From Piromyces finnis finn (lineage: Eukaryota; Fungi; Neocallimastigomycota), in assembly GCA_002104945.1 (NCBI GenBank), contig MCFH01000029.1, positions 124,001 to 188,000 of the forward strand: 64,000 nucleotides of DNA, read 5' to 3'. Shown piece after piece: positions 39,331 through 55,631 of this stretch. The number at the start of each line of letters is the position of its first letter. Position 1 is the first letter of the stretch. The notes under the pieces were generated by a model. That model worked only from the letters and a program-made list of their open reading frames with translations. It had not been told where the DNA came from and searched no databases. The translations under genes and the position numbers were made by a program.

Positions 39331-41193
39331 TTATTGAATTGATTTTTTTTGTTTTTCTTTAGGCTTTTTATACATTCTATAAGGAATTAGGTATTGTGGT
39401 CTATATAAAAAAATTATATTTTTGTGATTATTATTATTTTTTTTTTTGATTTACATATATTTATAGGTGGTTAAACGGGTACGAGAACTTTCTCTTGGCA
39501 TCCAATAATTAAAGTTTTGTTGTTGTTGAACTTTTGATTTCCAATTTTCGATTTCTTTTTCTAAACGGAAACAACGATTTTCTAAAGCAATCTTGGAATC
39601 TTCAGCTGAAGAAAGCTGAGTACGTAAATCAATATAATCTTGATTAGAAACAATGGTAGTTGGATCAGATATAGTAGATAATGGTGAATTAAGGGAAGCA
39701 TTACTATTATTTAATGTGGCATTACTGTCAGATGAAATGATTTTTTTGTTCAACTTTAATTCACTAAGTTGCTTTTCAAGTTGTTGAATTTTCTTTTCTT
39801 TCATTTCAAGAAGAGCACGGGTAGCGGGATACATTTTTGTATTGTCATTACGCTCATATTCGGTAACCTTAGCTTCAGCTTTTTTACAACGATCTTTTAA
39901 TTCTTGCATTTCCTTTAATAAAAGTGAAACATTTTCTTTATTGACAGTTTTCTTAATACCATTTTCGTCCTTTTCTTCTTCATCAACGGATCCCATTTCA
40001 GCAACAGCAGCAACAGTAGCGGTTGTTTCTTTTGAAAAGTTTTCAAATTCATTAACTAATATTTCATAGTCTTGTAATAATTCTTTGTATTGTTCCTTAC
40101 TCTTCTGAAATTCTTCTTGAATGGTTTCCTTTTCTTTTTTCAAATCTTGAGTTTCTTGACGTGATTCTTTTAATTGTTCTTCCAATTTTTCGCATTGCTT
40201 TCTTGCTATTTCAGTACGTTTAGATGCACTTTTAGCATCATCAACAATACATTGAACTTCACGAAGTTTTCTTTCCTTTTCTGCTAATTCACGTTGTAAT
40301 TCCTGAATAATTTTTGATTGTTCATTTACTATACTACTAGCTTGATCATTTGTAGCAGCAACCAATGAAGCATGTGCTGAAGTTGGCATTCCCATTGTAG
40401 CTGGTAAATTATTTGGCATTGTATTGATTGTTAATGGTTCTTTTACAGGTTCTAAAGTCATATTCGTATTACGATTATTATTCCAAGAGCGTAATGAAGT
40501 ATTGGACATTATTGATTCACGTTTATTAGCAATTACAGTACGATTAGAAGAAATACTTGAAAGTACAGATTCTCGCTTATTTCGAGAACCTGAAGAAAGA
40601 CTACTTGAGGAAAGAACACTTTCTCTTTTATTAACTGAACCATTAGATTTTAAACCTTTATTTTTTAAAATTATCAAATATATAATTAGTTTAGATATTT
40701 TTTATTCTATCAAAATTTTTATAATTCTTCTATTAATAATTTATTTCTAAACATTTTCCAATTTAAATTAATATAAAATATTATGTTATACCATATGGTG
40801 ATTGTGGTGGTGTAAATTGATTTACAACAGGTGCTGGATTATATGCTTCAATCAATTCAATATTTTTTCTTAAAACAAAAACACCTATTAATGTATATAT
40901 TGTATATTAATGAGTTTGTTATATTTTGAATATTATTTTATTAATTATATCATACCAGAATTTGGTGGACAGTCAAAGTAATAAACACCATTAACTGAGC
41001 CATTATTTTTTCCTTGACCTTCATTGAATAGTCTTATACCATACCAAATACCATCTTTGAAATCTGTTTTACCAGCATATAAAAGTATTCCTTCTAAACC
41101 AGTAGACTTTACTTTTACAATTGAATTAATTGGTATTTCTTCATTGTTTGATGATGTGCTTGACATACTGGATAATCTTTTTCTTGAAGCCAT
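39331..41193 (-). CDS. CAP-Gly domain coiled-coil microtubule-binding protein (Bik1/CLIP-170/p150-like)
   Basis: N-terminal CAP-Gly (YAGKTDFKDGIWYGIRL...GKNNGSVNGVYYFDCPPNSGVFV), Ser-rich linker and long heptad-rich region. The last exon (to TAA at 39331) is less certain. Confidence 0.82.
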
Positions 41194-43401
41194 AATTAAT
41201 TATTCAAATAAATGTCGTAAAATAATCAATAATAATTAATATTTTATTTGAATTTTTTATTATTATATTCAATGGAATATAAATTATTAATTTATATGAA
41301 TGGGGTATTATTATTATTTTTTTAAAAAGAAATTCTTTCACTATATATATCTTATTGATTAAGATATTATGTTTATGATTTAGGAAATTCACTATTTTAA
41401 ATGAGTGTTTATAGCGATTTCCAATTGATTATATATTTTGAATACTCTAAATAACTGTGATTAAATAATTACCTTTATATATAAATATTATATTAAAAAT
41501 GCGTTTGACGAAAAATATTAAATATAATTGAGTTTGAATAATAAATTATAATAATTATTCTATTTACAAAAAAAAAAAAAAGATTTTTGTTGTGTTGAAA
41601 TTAGTGGATATTGAGAATAATATGAAATTATTGTGACTATTATGATTAAAATATATGTAATATTATTTCAAATAATGAATAAATTGCGAATATCACAATG
41701 TTTGATTATTATTTATTTTTATATTTATTTTTGTCTTTTAGATTTAAAAATAGAACTTGTAATAATAATAATTCAAAGAACAAGATAATCTAAATTTGAA
41801 TGTATATTGATTTATATATTTGAATGTAGATTTTAAATTTTCTTCTTTATTTGAATTTTTATTTATTCTAAAGTGTATTAAAAATAATATACAATATTTG
41901 TGTTAATTTATTAAATATAATAGTATAATTGTATTATGTTATTTTAATTAAGTTTTACAAATCTTACTATAAAATTAATTCCTTTTTAATTATTTAATTG
42001 TTTTTTTTTTTTTTATATTTTAAAATAGCATTTTTCTATTTTATTTTAAATATTTTTAAATATTTTTTTTTTTTTTTTTTCATTAAGATAAAATTTTATT
42101 TTAATTTCTTAATATTATTTTTATTAAGAAAGTAAAAAAAAAAAAGTATCTTAATTTTTTTAGAAATTTTTAAATTCTTTTAAAAAACCTAAAATATTAT
42201 TAATTCTTAATCCTAAAAAAATTTCATATTTTTTTTATTAATCTATGTGGGAATAATCTTTTGTATTACATTTATTAATAAATTATTTATGATATATTAT
42301 ATAAAATATTATTGTATTTTTATTTGTTGAAGGACAATTTATATTGAAAGTTATTTATATATTTAATATATACAAATATATAAACATATTAAATATAAAG
42401 TATATTATAAGAATTATTAGAAACAAATATATTAAAAATGAAATATAATAAATGGTTTTTTTTAAAGTAAATAATATTGAATAAAATTAATTATTTATTT
42501 AAGTTTATTTTTATTTAAATAAAAACATTTAATATTTTTTTAATATATTAGTGGATTCACAATATTATATGATTTTTTATATAAAAAATTAAAAATAAAT
42601 TAAAAATATTATTCTATAATAAATAAAGTTTACTATAATTAAAAAAAAATCATTTAAAGGCTTTGATGAAATAAATATATGCCACTGTACAACCTTAAAA
42701 ATAATATATAATCAATTATTAATAAATATTATAATACATATTAATTTAATATATATTAATAAATATTGTCAACATTGGTAGTTAAATTAAAATGAAATAT
42801 ATAAAAAATATTTATTTTATATAAATGATCTCTCATATACAATAAACCTTTTTATTTATTGAAATATATTGATAATATATTTAACAGTTTAATATAATAT
42901 TACATAAACCTTTAAATGTACATTTACATTAAATATACATGCTTATTTTAATTTTAAATTAATTGTTTATAAATAACTTATGTAAAAATAATTGAAATAA
43001 AAAAAGTTGAAGTCCAGCTATTTTAAGGGCATTAATAACGTTTATTTGAATAAAAATAATAAAAATAATAAAAATAATAGACTCTAAACCATTTTATAAT
43101 TAACACTATTTAAATATTTATCTTTATTATTTTCACTTTTTCAGAAAAATTTATGTTAGGTTATATTAATATAAATTAATTTCAAATAGGAGACTTTAAA
43201 AATTATATATATATTTACAGATAGTAAAAATTATTATTATATATAATAATAGTAATAGAAGAAAAAATATATAGATTTTTTTTTTTTTTTTTAATAAAAA
43301 GTAAAGGAATGTTTTATTGTTGGGAATAATTAGGTAATTGTAATATTTGCAACAAAAATTAATTAAATTATATATTAGAAGTTAAAAAATAAACTTCTTT
43401 T

Positions 43402-43758
43402 AATAGTTTTTACCATTACTGTGTTATTACTGAACATTAATAATATTATTTTTATTTTTATGCGAATATTATAATAAATTGATTTCTAGATTCTTTGAAT
43501 AGTTTTTACCATTACTGTTATTACTGAACATTAATAATACTTTTATTTTTATGCAGATACTATAATTGATTTATAGATTTTTGAATAGTTTTTACCATTA
43601 TTGTTATTACTGAACATTGATAATATTATTTTTATTTTTATGCAGATACTATAATTGATTTATAGATTCTTTGAATAGTTTTTACCATTATTGTTATTAC
43701 TGAACATTGATAATATTATTTTTATTTTTATGCAGATACTATAATTGATTTATAGATT
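43402..43758 (+). repeat. Four tandem copies of a ~90-bp unit overlapping the phosphatase stop codon and 3' UTR
   Basis: Units start (aatagtttttaccatta..) at 43402, 43498, 43584 and 43674, with lengths 96, 86, 90 and about 85 bp. Confidence 0.93.
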
Positions 43759-44827
43759 AAGTTTTTTTGCAATTTCATCTTTTGATATCTTTGAAGAGTT
43801 ACTATCTACCTGTGATGTGCTTTTCTTTTTTGATAAAAATTTATATTTTAAATCGTTATATTTTGAAATGGAGTATATCTTAAGATAGTCTATTGAATTT
43901 GATAAACGCTTATCATCTTTTTTTATTGGCAATGTTTGGGAACCAGGACAAGATTTATAACCTTTATCATTTTTTATTTTATTTTTTAATACTTTTTCAA
44001 TTTTTTTATTATAATTATATTCTAATTTGGATTGCCAGAGTTGAAGCTGTTTTTGGAAACCTTCATTTGGTTTAATAGTTGGTCTTTTACGTTGTAAATA
44101 TTTTAAAACCGATGATACACAATCAAATGGAACATTCAATTCTGAGTTTCCAACTTTACTACTATTATTTTCATTTAATAAGGGTTTACTTTCAAGAATA
44201 TAATGTAGAATTCTCCTTGTATCAATATTATTCTCATCTTCTTGACCATTGTATTCATAATATTTATATAATAAATAAGCAGATACAATAGTTGCTGAAC
44301 GAGAAATACCCAACTGACAATGAACTAAAATATTATCATGACTTTCTATGGTTAAACAATCTTTTGTGAATTCTTTTAAAATCAAGATTTAATATACATT
44401 TTTTTATGTTAGCTATTTATTATTTTATACAATATTCATATTTAAATATTGTGTTATATTACTATATTCTAAAAAATAACATACCATTATTAATAATTTC
44501 ATTTTTTGCTTTCTCAAAACGACTATTAAGTGCTTTATCAATAAACTCACAAGTTTTTGGAAAAAATTTCATAGCATTAAAATTAATTTCATCTCTCATA
44601 GGTATGCTTAAACTCTTAATATTATTATTACTATTGAAATTAACATTAGTGTGACTATTCTCAGTAACATTAAGAATGTACTTTATATTTTTATCTTTTA
44701 GAAAATCTTCATCTGTAGCAGCATACATTGAACCAATGTATAATCCTGGAAAAACATTGGTTGCATCTAAAAGCGAAAACTTTTCATGAGTTTTTTTAGC
44801 AATTTCTTTAAAATTACTTGATGCCAT
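43750..44827 (-). CDS. Atypical dual-specificity protein phosphatase, 2 exons
   Basis: Exon 44827-44485 (VFPGLYIGS, IKYILNVT, IPMRDE..FNAMKFFPKTCEFIDKAL) splices to 44360-43750 with the catalytic loop ILVHCQLGISRSAT and RPTIKPNEGFQKQL. Confidence 0.92.
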
Positions 44828-45143
44828 TTTTTTTTTTATATAAAATAATTAAATATTAAATAAATGAGACTTTTAAATTTATATACTTTGTTAAAACTAT
44901 ATAATATATAGTTTTTTTTTATTTATTTTGTTTTCACTTTTTTTTATTGAGTTTTTATATATATATCTTTTTTTATTTTTTATTTTTAATAATAATAACA
45001 ATAATGGTAATTACAAATTTAAATTTGTATTTTTTTTATTTAAAATTCTTTTTAATAATTGTTTTTTTTTTGAAAGCTATTTAAAAAAAAAAATAAAGTT
45101 AGAGAAATCTATAAATAATATTAATTTATTTTTCTCAAATTTT

Positions 45144-45534
45144 AGCCAATAGATTAAGCTAACTTAATTAGTTTATAAATTAAAATTAATCTTTTTTAAT
45201 ATTGATTGCTACCTATATTCAATTTATTACTTTAATAGAATATACCAAGCAAGGCATTATTTTGTTATACACCAATATAAATATCCATTCATTATACCAT
45301 ATTAAAAGCTTTAACTAAATATTGGTATATTTTTATTTTTTTGTGATATTTAGGTTTTTTCCTTTTCTTTCTTTCTTTCTTTCTTTCTTTATAATATTAA
45401 TAATAAAAAAGCAAAAAAAAAAAAATCAATATATAATAAAATTATAAAAAAAAATTATAGATTATTAATATTTAAAAATTTAAATAAAATAATGAAAGTT
45501 TATTTTTAGAAAAATATAGATTGGATTGACCAAT
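45144..45534. promoter_or_regulatory. CCAAT boxes in the divergent phosphatase/DML1 promoter
   Basis: AGCCAATAG at 45144, GATTGG at 45519, GACCAAT at 45528. Confidence 0.4.
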
Positions 45535-45742
45535 AATAGTAGGGTTTTTGATATAGATTATACATTATACAATACTTCAATATAATTTATCTTTGTTGTC
45601 AAATTTTTATATTAATAAATAAATATTCATTTAAACCTTTTTTTTTTTCCCCTTAGAAAACAAGAAAATATATATTATTATTCAAGAAAATAGGAAAAAC
45701 AATTATAAATTTAATTTAATTATTGTAAATAGATAAAGTATA

Positions 45743-47146
45743 ATGAGAGAAATTATTACTATCCAGCTTGGTTCAACAGCAAATTTTGTTGGGACTCATT
45801 TCTGGAATTCATTAGAAAATTCAGTAAATAGAATTAAGGAAACAAGTAAAGGAAATTCAGATAATGATGATGATTATCAAGATATTAATATATTTTATAA
45901 AACAGGAATTTCAGAAAAGGTAAAATAATAAAATAAAATAAAATAAAGCGAGTTAAAAAAACTAAAAATAATTAATAATATATTTTAAATACTTTTTAAT
46001 TACATAATTACATATAATTATATACTAAAAATATCATTGAATTATTTATTACTATAATTTTATTTTATTATATTAATATGTAATTTGGCTGAATTCATTA
46101 TTATAAATTTATTAATTGGACATTAAACAATAATCTAATTGGAATATGAAATATCTTTTAATTTAATATCATTTTTAAAATATAAATAATTCATTAAAGA
46201 GAGAAGAAACATATAGTCCAAGATTACTTATTATGGAATTAAAAGTTAAATGTTTTAATTGATACTAATATTTTTTCATTATATAATCATTTTATAATTG
46301 TTTATATAATGTTAAGTAAAAAACATTTTTTAAATTTTTATTGCTATTATAAGAATAATATATAGCATTTTTAAACTTTAGATCTTTAAGAAAATAATAT
46401 TTAAAAACTAAATATTTGTCCATTAATATAATTTATTTTGTCATTTTAAAAAAAGGAATATTATATGTTATTTTTATATAAAATTAATAATACTTTTTAT
46501 TTTTTAAATTTATAAACAATTAATTAAAATATATAGGTGGTTTAAACACAATAAAAAATTCTAATCCATTTTATCAGCCTTCTTATGATGTTGATGCATT
46601 AAAGAATGATGCTTCACAATTATGGTAAAACAATTTTCTTTCTTTTAGATATATAGATTGATTAACAAGTTAATAATTAAGAATTAAGAAAATAATATAT
46701 ATTTAAATATATGATATAATATCAAAGGCCTGGTAAAATTGAAACTTATAAAAATGAAATAGACGAAAAATCTTTGTTTCAAAAAACTATTGAAAACCCA
46801 AATTTCGAGTATCAAAAGGTTACTATTATAATAATTAAAAATTGGATTTATTAAAGTTTAAATTCTAATTTTCTTTTCTTTTTCATTTTTAATCCGAAAA
46901 TTGGTTGTTGAATAATATCAATAACAATCTAGCTCTTTAATTCTGGCTATAGTTCAAAGTCTTTAGAATTAAATGAAAATACTATAAAACATTGGTCTGA
47001 TTTTAATATATCATATTATCATCCAAAAACGATAATTGAACTCTCAGAATATAGTGTTAATGATGAAACTACTCCTTTTGGTAGTTTTAGTTGTGGTGAA
47101 GAATTATATACTACTGGTTATTATGTAAGCTGATTATTAAATTTCT

Positions 47147-47177
<31 letters not shown>

Positions 47178-48860
47178 CATTATTATTATTAAATCTAATA
47201 ATATAATATAATATAATATAATATAAAATATAATATAATATAATTAATGTATAAATAGGGGGAAAAGATATTTGATGATAATTTGAGATTCTTTTTAGAG
47301 GATTGTGATCAGCTTCAAGTAATTTTTTAATACTTATTTATTAAAATAAAAAATTTAATTATCTTTTTTTTAAAAAAAAAATTAATAACAATATAACATA
47401 TAAAGGGATTTCAAATATTTTGTGAAACAAATAGTGCTTTCAGTGGTTTTGCATCAAAATTAGTTGAAGAAATAAATGATGAATTTGGTCATCATACTGT
47501 ATTAATTTATGGTGTTGACAACAAAGAAGATAATACAGTGAGTACAATAATGAAATAACGATGAAACCCCCCCCCTTTTTTTTTTTTTTTTTTTTTTCTA
47601 TATACATATGCTAAATTATATTTAATAATTGGATTTAATAGATTTTATCAAGAATAAATAAATCAATATCTATGAAAGCATTCAATGAATCTAGTCTTTT
47701 ATACATACCATTGGACATTACTAATACAACTGTCAATAATTTCTGGTCCAAATTTTATTCATCAAATGTAAATTTTAATTTTTTTTTTTATTATTTATTT
47801 TGATAATTATTATTTAAAATATATACTTTTTGATATGTATATATTAATAGGTCAATTCACTATATCATTCTACTGCTTTGTATTCTTCAGCTATCGAATC
47901 AAGTATATTTATTAATATATATATATTTGAAAATATTATTAATGGACTTATTAATGATAATGTAATTTTTCATATTTTATTTAAGTATCTTTACCATTTA
48001 GCTCAGCTAAGAATTACCAATCAATAGTAGATATATGTTCTTCAATAACCACAGAATCTGTAAAACTTGGTGGTGTATCTTATAAATATCCATGTAAAGG
48101 AATACAAAAATGTGATTTACTTCATTTATACTATTATGAATCAATGGAAAATATGGTAAATTATTAGCAAAAATATAACAAAAAATATGAACAATTAATA
48201 TTCTAAATCATATTAATTTTTGAATAGGAAAATATATTTGGACAACAATATATATATCAAGGAATGAATGAAATGTAAGTTATAAGATATATATTAGATT
48301 TAATTACGTTCTAATAAAAAAAAATATTAAATATTATTTTTTAATATTTGTGTTATTTTAAAAATTTTAATAATAGTGAAGAATTTAATGATAAATATAG
48401 ATGTTACAGAACTTCAAGGTAATTTTTTTTTTTTTAATATACATAATATATATTACAATAAAATAAAAATATATTTTATTAATATATTTATTTATATATT
48501 ATTACTTTATTTTTTTTATTTTTGAAAAATTATAGCTGGAAGACCAAAAATAAATATGCTATTTCTCCAACATTCCCACAATTATTTAATACAAATGAAT
48601 TAAATGATATTGATTATTTCAAATTTAATGATGAAGATATTAATAAAGAACAAATTTTAACTGATGTTGTTACAGATGTTCCAATGGTAACTCGTTTAGC
48701 TAGTGATTCAAGTCTCAACTTTATTGTTAATCAATCATATCAATGCTTAGATGTTTATAGAAGCCTTGTTAATAAAGAAACAGGTTATGAAGAAGACGAT
48801 ATATTTGAAATTAGAGAAGATTTAAAGCGTCTTAGAGACACTATTGGTGCTGAAAACTAG
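45743..48860 (+). CDS. DML1: Misato/Dml1 tubulin-like protein, many short exons
   Basis: MREIITIQLGSTANFVGTHFWN; TYSPRLLIMELK; GGLNT; TIKHWSDFNISYYHPKT; LRFFLEDCDQLQGFQIF; SAFSGFA; WYHSTAL-like and C-terminal helix. Confidence 0.9.
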
Positions 48861-49077
48861 ATTTATTTTTTTTTAAAGAAAAAAATTAAGAAATAACAAT
48901 ACTATATAAATTCAATTAAAATAATTATAAGAAGAATTAATAAAAAATTAAATATAAAAATAACTATTTTTTATTATTTTGAGTATTCTCCCTTTCAAAA
49001 ATGTTATGCATATATAAAATTAAAAAATGAAACAAAATAATGCTAAAAAAATAAAAATGAAACAAAACAAAACATAA

Positions 49078-49109
<32 letters not shown>

Positions 49110-49685
49110 ATTTTTAATATTATTTTTATTATTTTAATATTTATTTAACATTAATTATTTATAATTGTAAATGTTTTATGGATTGTTATTTAAATAATAT
49201 CTATTTTTCTTTGTATTTATATTATTATATATTATTATATATTATTTTATATTATTATTATTATTATTTTAAATTTTTACGTAGATTAATAGGTACTTTA
49301 ATTTTTTTTTTTTTTTTATAATTTTTTATATCAATTTTCATTTTCTTTGGTTTTTTATTATTAAGAATTTTTTTTTTTTTAATTTTAATTTATTATGGAT
49401 AAATTATGAATATCGATGATATTAGAAAAAAGTGTTGAATTGATAGGTTGGTGTTTTTTTTTTCTTTCTTTTTTTTTTTTTTTTACTACTTCATTTCAAT
49501 AGTGTTAGGTTATAATTTTTTTAGTAATTAATTATCTATATATAAATTATGAATTTTAACTATTAAGAAAGTATTAAAAAAAAAAAAATTATTCACATTA
49601 AATCATTAAAATTGAATTGTAAAAAAAAAAAAAAAAAATAAGGCATAGAAATTTGATTTTTTTTTTTGATATACATATCTATCTT

Positions 49686-51461
<1,776 letters not shown>

Positions 51462-52140
51462 TTAAATATTATTATTATTTTTTTTTTTTGTAAATTTGAA
51501 ATAATGTTGTAAAAATATAATTTATTAAATAAACAATCTATAAAACTGGGGCTTTCTACTTCTTTGAAGTTAAAGTATATATATGTCGAATTTTTGTTTT
51601 AGTATTATCAATAAATTAATGTTTTAAAAAAATATAATATACATAATAATTGGATATATTGTTAGTATTATTTAATTAAACTAATTATTAGTATATGCTT
51701 ATATTTCTTTTCTTCTCTTATATTACTTTATACTTGTATATTATTTATTTATTTATTTATTTATTATTTTTTTTTTTTGCTTTTTATTCAAATTATACAA
51801 AGCGTTATTTAAAAAAAAAATAAATATATAAACAAAATTTTCATAACAATAAAAATTAATAATAAAAATTAATAATAAATATATTTATTAGTTATAGATA
51901 CATTATAATATTATAAATTTAATTTCACCAATCATATTTAATATATTCATAATAATTGTGATAAAATGTATACACATAATTAGTGATGGTTTATAAACCA
52001 TTTAAAAATTAATAAATTAAAAGAAAAATTAATTATGTGTAACTTTACATAACAAATGAAGTTAAATTTTTACTATTTATTTTATTGTGTTGAATTTATA
52101 AAATAACAATTATTTATATTCATATATTTTTTTTTTTTTT

Positions 52141-55021
52141 TTATTTCAAACAAATTTTAGAATAATCTTCCTCAGCATTTTGCATTAATAAATATAAAAA
52201 TTCGATATTTAAAAAATTCAAATACTCTTGATTTCTTTTTTTAATTTTTTCATTATTATTCATCATACTTATTTTTAAGTTTAAGTCATTTACATTTTCA
52301 TAATCAATTTTTCTGTCAATACAATAAGGAACTATAAAAAGCATATCTTGGTCAATATTAAATTCTGTTGAATATTTTTGTTTTATTGATTGTATATATT
52401 CTTTTATATTATTATATTCATTGTTGATAATGTTACAATCATCAATAAAAATGCATATATTTAACTTCTTTTTCATCTTTAATAATTTATTAATATTTTG
52501 ATTAATATTTTTCTTATAATTATAATCCATATTTTCAATTTGACTATATGAAAAAAGATATATTATATTATGAATAGGATTCTTCTTAAAGGATTCATTA
52601 TAAAAATCTTCTTCTATATCACTGTAATATATTTTTTCACCAAGTATTTTTTTACCTAATGGTAATTCACCTTTTGATATTAATTCCGCTTCATCACCAT
52701 CTAACCAGCAACAATAATTATCTTTAAAAGCATCTTCTGATGAATTCATAATTTCCGTTTTCTTATTTAAGAAATTAATATTTGATTCAGTATTATTTGA
52801 TGATATTGATGTTAACCCATTTAATTTATTTTTAATTAATGTGTTCATATTTGAAAAAACTTTATTTCGTTTAGATGGGGAACAATTCTCTATTGAATTA
52901 TTTTCTTTAAGGGTATTGCTAATGCCATCATTACATGGACAATCATAAAATTTTATATTCTTAGGAAAATGATTAGCCATCTTAATTTCCTGATAATTTT
53001 CTTTATTATTATTCCAATAAAATTTTGAATTGGTATCATTATAATAATCAAATTTTATATAGTTATCAATTAGTAAATCTCTAAATTCTCTTACAGAATT
53101 TTTAGATAATAATTGTTTCTCAACAAAAAGAGCATATTCGAGAGAATGTATAAATTTATTTTTAGCTTCAATGGAAGAATTAACTAATAATATGTTTATG
53201 GAGTAATTTTTACTTTTTCTATATTTTTTATATTTAGTTGATTTACTGATACATGTTTCATTTTCATTAAGCTTGAAATATTGTCCTAGTAAGTAAAAAT
53301 CCTGAGTAAAGTATTCAGATTTTAATGTGAATTCAGAATTATTACATAATAGCAATTTACTATTTTCATCATATACATTAACTTTTATAGATGATGGTAA
53401 ATTATATAACATAGTTTTAGCCTCTTTTGGTATGACTCTTAAAGCATTATAATTAACTTCGCTATTTTCTTTATATTCATTGTAACCATCTTTATCTGCT
53501 GCTATACCAAGGTCAAAAATATTTGTTAAACTGTTCATACTTTTATTTAAATTATTTATTGCTAATACTATTTATTATAGTTCATAAAATAAATGAGATA
53601 AAATAAAATATGAATTTATTATTATGGTATATATATGTAGATAACTATTAAATAAATATATTATTAATGTTGCTAAAAAATTAATTTGTACCTTTCTCTT
53701 GGTTCTTACTGTATTTATTTCTTGTATACAATTTTGAATAATAATAATATGATGAAAAGTTTTTATTGGTGATGATATTTGATTTTGTATTAGAAAGGTT
53801 ATTTGTAGAATATAAAGTATTACTTCCTAAATTCATATTTGTATTTAGCTTTAAATTTTTTACATCATCATAAAAACTATCTTCTTCATTATTCCATAAA
53901 TATGGTTCTAATGAAAACTTTTTAATGCACTTTTTTCCTGGTTCTAAATAATATGCAAACATTATTTTGTCACCACAAAAAGAATCATCTTTTTTTTCAT
54001 TTTTTATGGCATTAACAACAATTTTTAAATATGGAATTAAATTAGAGCTTTTGTTAATTATTTCCAACTCTACTGGAATAGGTTTACCTAAACGTATTCT
54101 ACTATTTAATAATTTACATGATATTTCAATATAATTTTTGATATTTGAATTAATTTCTTGAGATAATGTTTCATTCATATTGTCAACATTTAATTTTTCA
54201 CTAAAACTTTCATCACTAAATCGTAACATTTTAAACTTTTTCTGTTTATTGTCTGTTAGAGTATCTATTTCATCATTAATTACTAGCGCATCACAACTAT
54301 CTTGATTTTCTGAATTAATTTTCAAATCACTATCAGTTTTATATAAAGGTGTAACTTTATTTAAAAGATGATATAAACGATTTATATTTTTTGTTCTATA
54401 ATTTGGAGATGAAATAAATTTTTGTTGTCCTCTTCGAAATATATTATTATCACAAATTTCATTTTCATTAGTTTTATCACAAAGAATATCTTGATTATAA
54501 ACATCTTCAATGTCATAAGGTTCTTCATCACTTTCATTCATATTTAAATTATTATTTTCAATAATTAATTTTTTTTTTATCTTACTATGTGAATTAATGG
54601 ATTTTTTACTATTTGAAAACATATTTACTTCAGCTTTTTCATCATCACTTTTATTATTTGCATTTTTTTTACTGGGACATCCATCGAGCCTATTAAGATT
54701 TTCAATATATGCATTATTAATATTATTATTAGTGTTATTATTATACTTATTGTTATTTTCCTCAAAATCGTTTTGAGATGATTTATTAATTTTATCATAA
54801 CCATTGTTGTTAAATTCATATTCCGAAGTTTTTAACTCTTTATATAACAATGTATCATCATTTATTAAGGGTTGCAATTTTATTTTTTTATTAATATTAA
54901 ACTCATCTGTGTTTAATTCATTTAATGTAGATCTTCTACTTAGCGGTCCAATTTCATTTTTTAATGCTAGTTCTTGAATTATATAATTATAATTTAATTT
55001 TTCAAATTCAGTTATATGCAT
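52141..55021 (-). CDS. Hypothetical ~916-aa protein with an arrestin-C-like Ig domain and a degenerate IFI44-like GTPase-fold domain, 2 exons
   Basis: ORFs 53681..55021 and 52141..53538 join in frame through a 130-bp GT-AG intron (53691-53562), total 2751 nt. Domain resemblance is by eye from sequence patterns. Confidence 0.7.
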
Positions 55022-55631
55022 CTTTTTTTTTATATATTAAAAATTTTATTAGTTTTTTTTTTAATATTTTAGAATATAATAATTTTTTTTTTTTTTTTTT
55101 TTTTTGATGACAATCAAAAAATTAAAGAAATATTTATTAAATTTTATTTATACATAATTTATATTGATTATTAACACATATAAACAAGTCTCATAATAAC
55201 CCAAAATTTAAATAGTGTTATATTTTATAGGTAATACATTTATAATTATTATAAATTGATTAAGTAAATCTTTAAAAATATACCATATTTCTTTTTATTT
55301 TTTACTATTAATGATCTCCCATTTTTTAGAAAATTTTAAACTTTATTATATACTTTATTTTTTGATTAAAATTATGAAGCTTAAATTTTTGAAAATTATT
55401 GGATGTACATATTTGAATTAATTATAAAAAAAAAAAAGAGAAAATATGGTTTATAGGATAAAATATGAAAAATAAACTAATATTTTAATTATAATGCAAA
55501 AACTTTTCATGTTTTTTAAGGAAAAAATAAATACTTAAATAAATATACAAAATAACAATATTAAATTGATAAAACTTTCATTATTTTGATGTTGTTTTTT
55601 TATTACATATTGGGATATATTATTGAAATCT

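Noticed and set aside
39842-40750. Plus-strand ORFs overlapping the CAP-Gly gene (similarly 59652..60554 over NOG1, 43893..44654 over the phosphatase)
   Set aside because: They are antisense shadows of real coding exons.
43402-43758. Regularly spaced repeats considered as a CRISPR-like array
   Set aside because: Whole units are duplicated with no unique spacers, the context is eukaryotic, and there are no cas genes.
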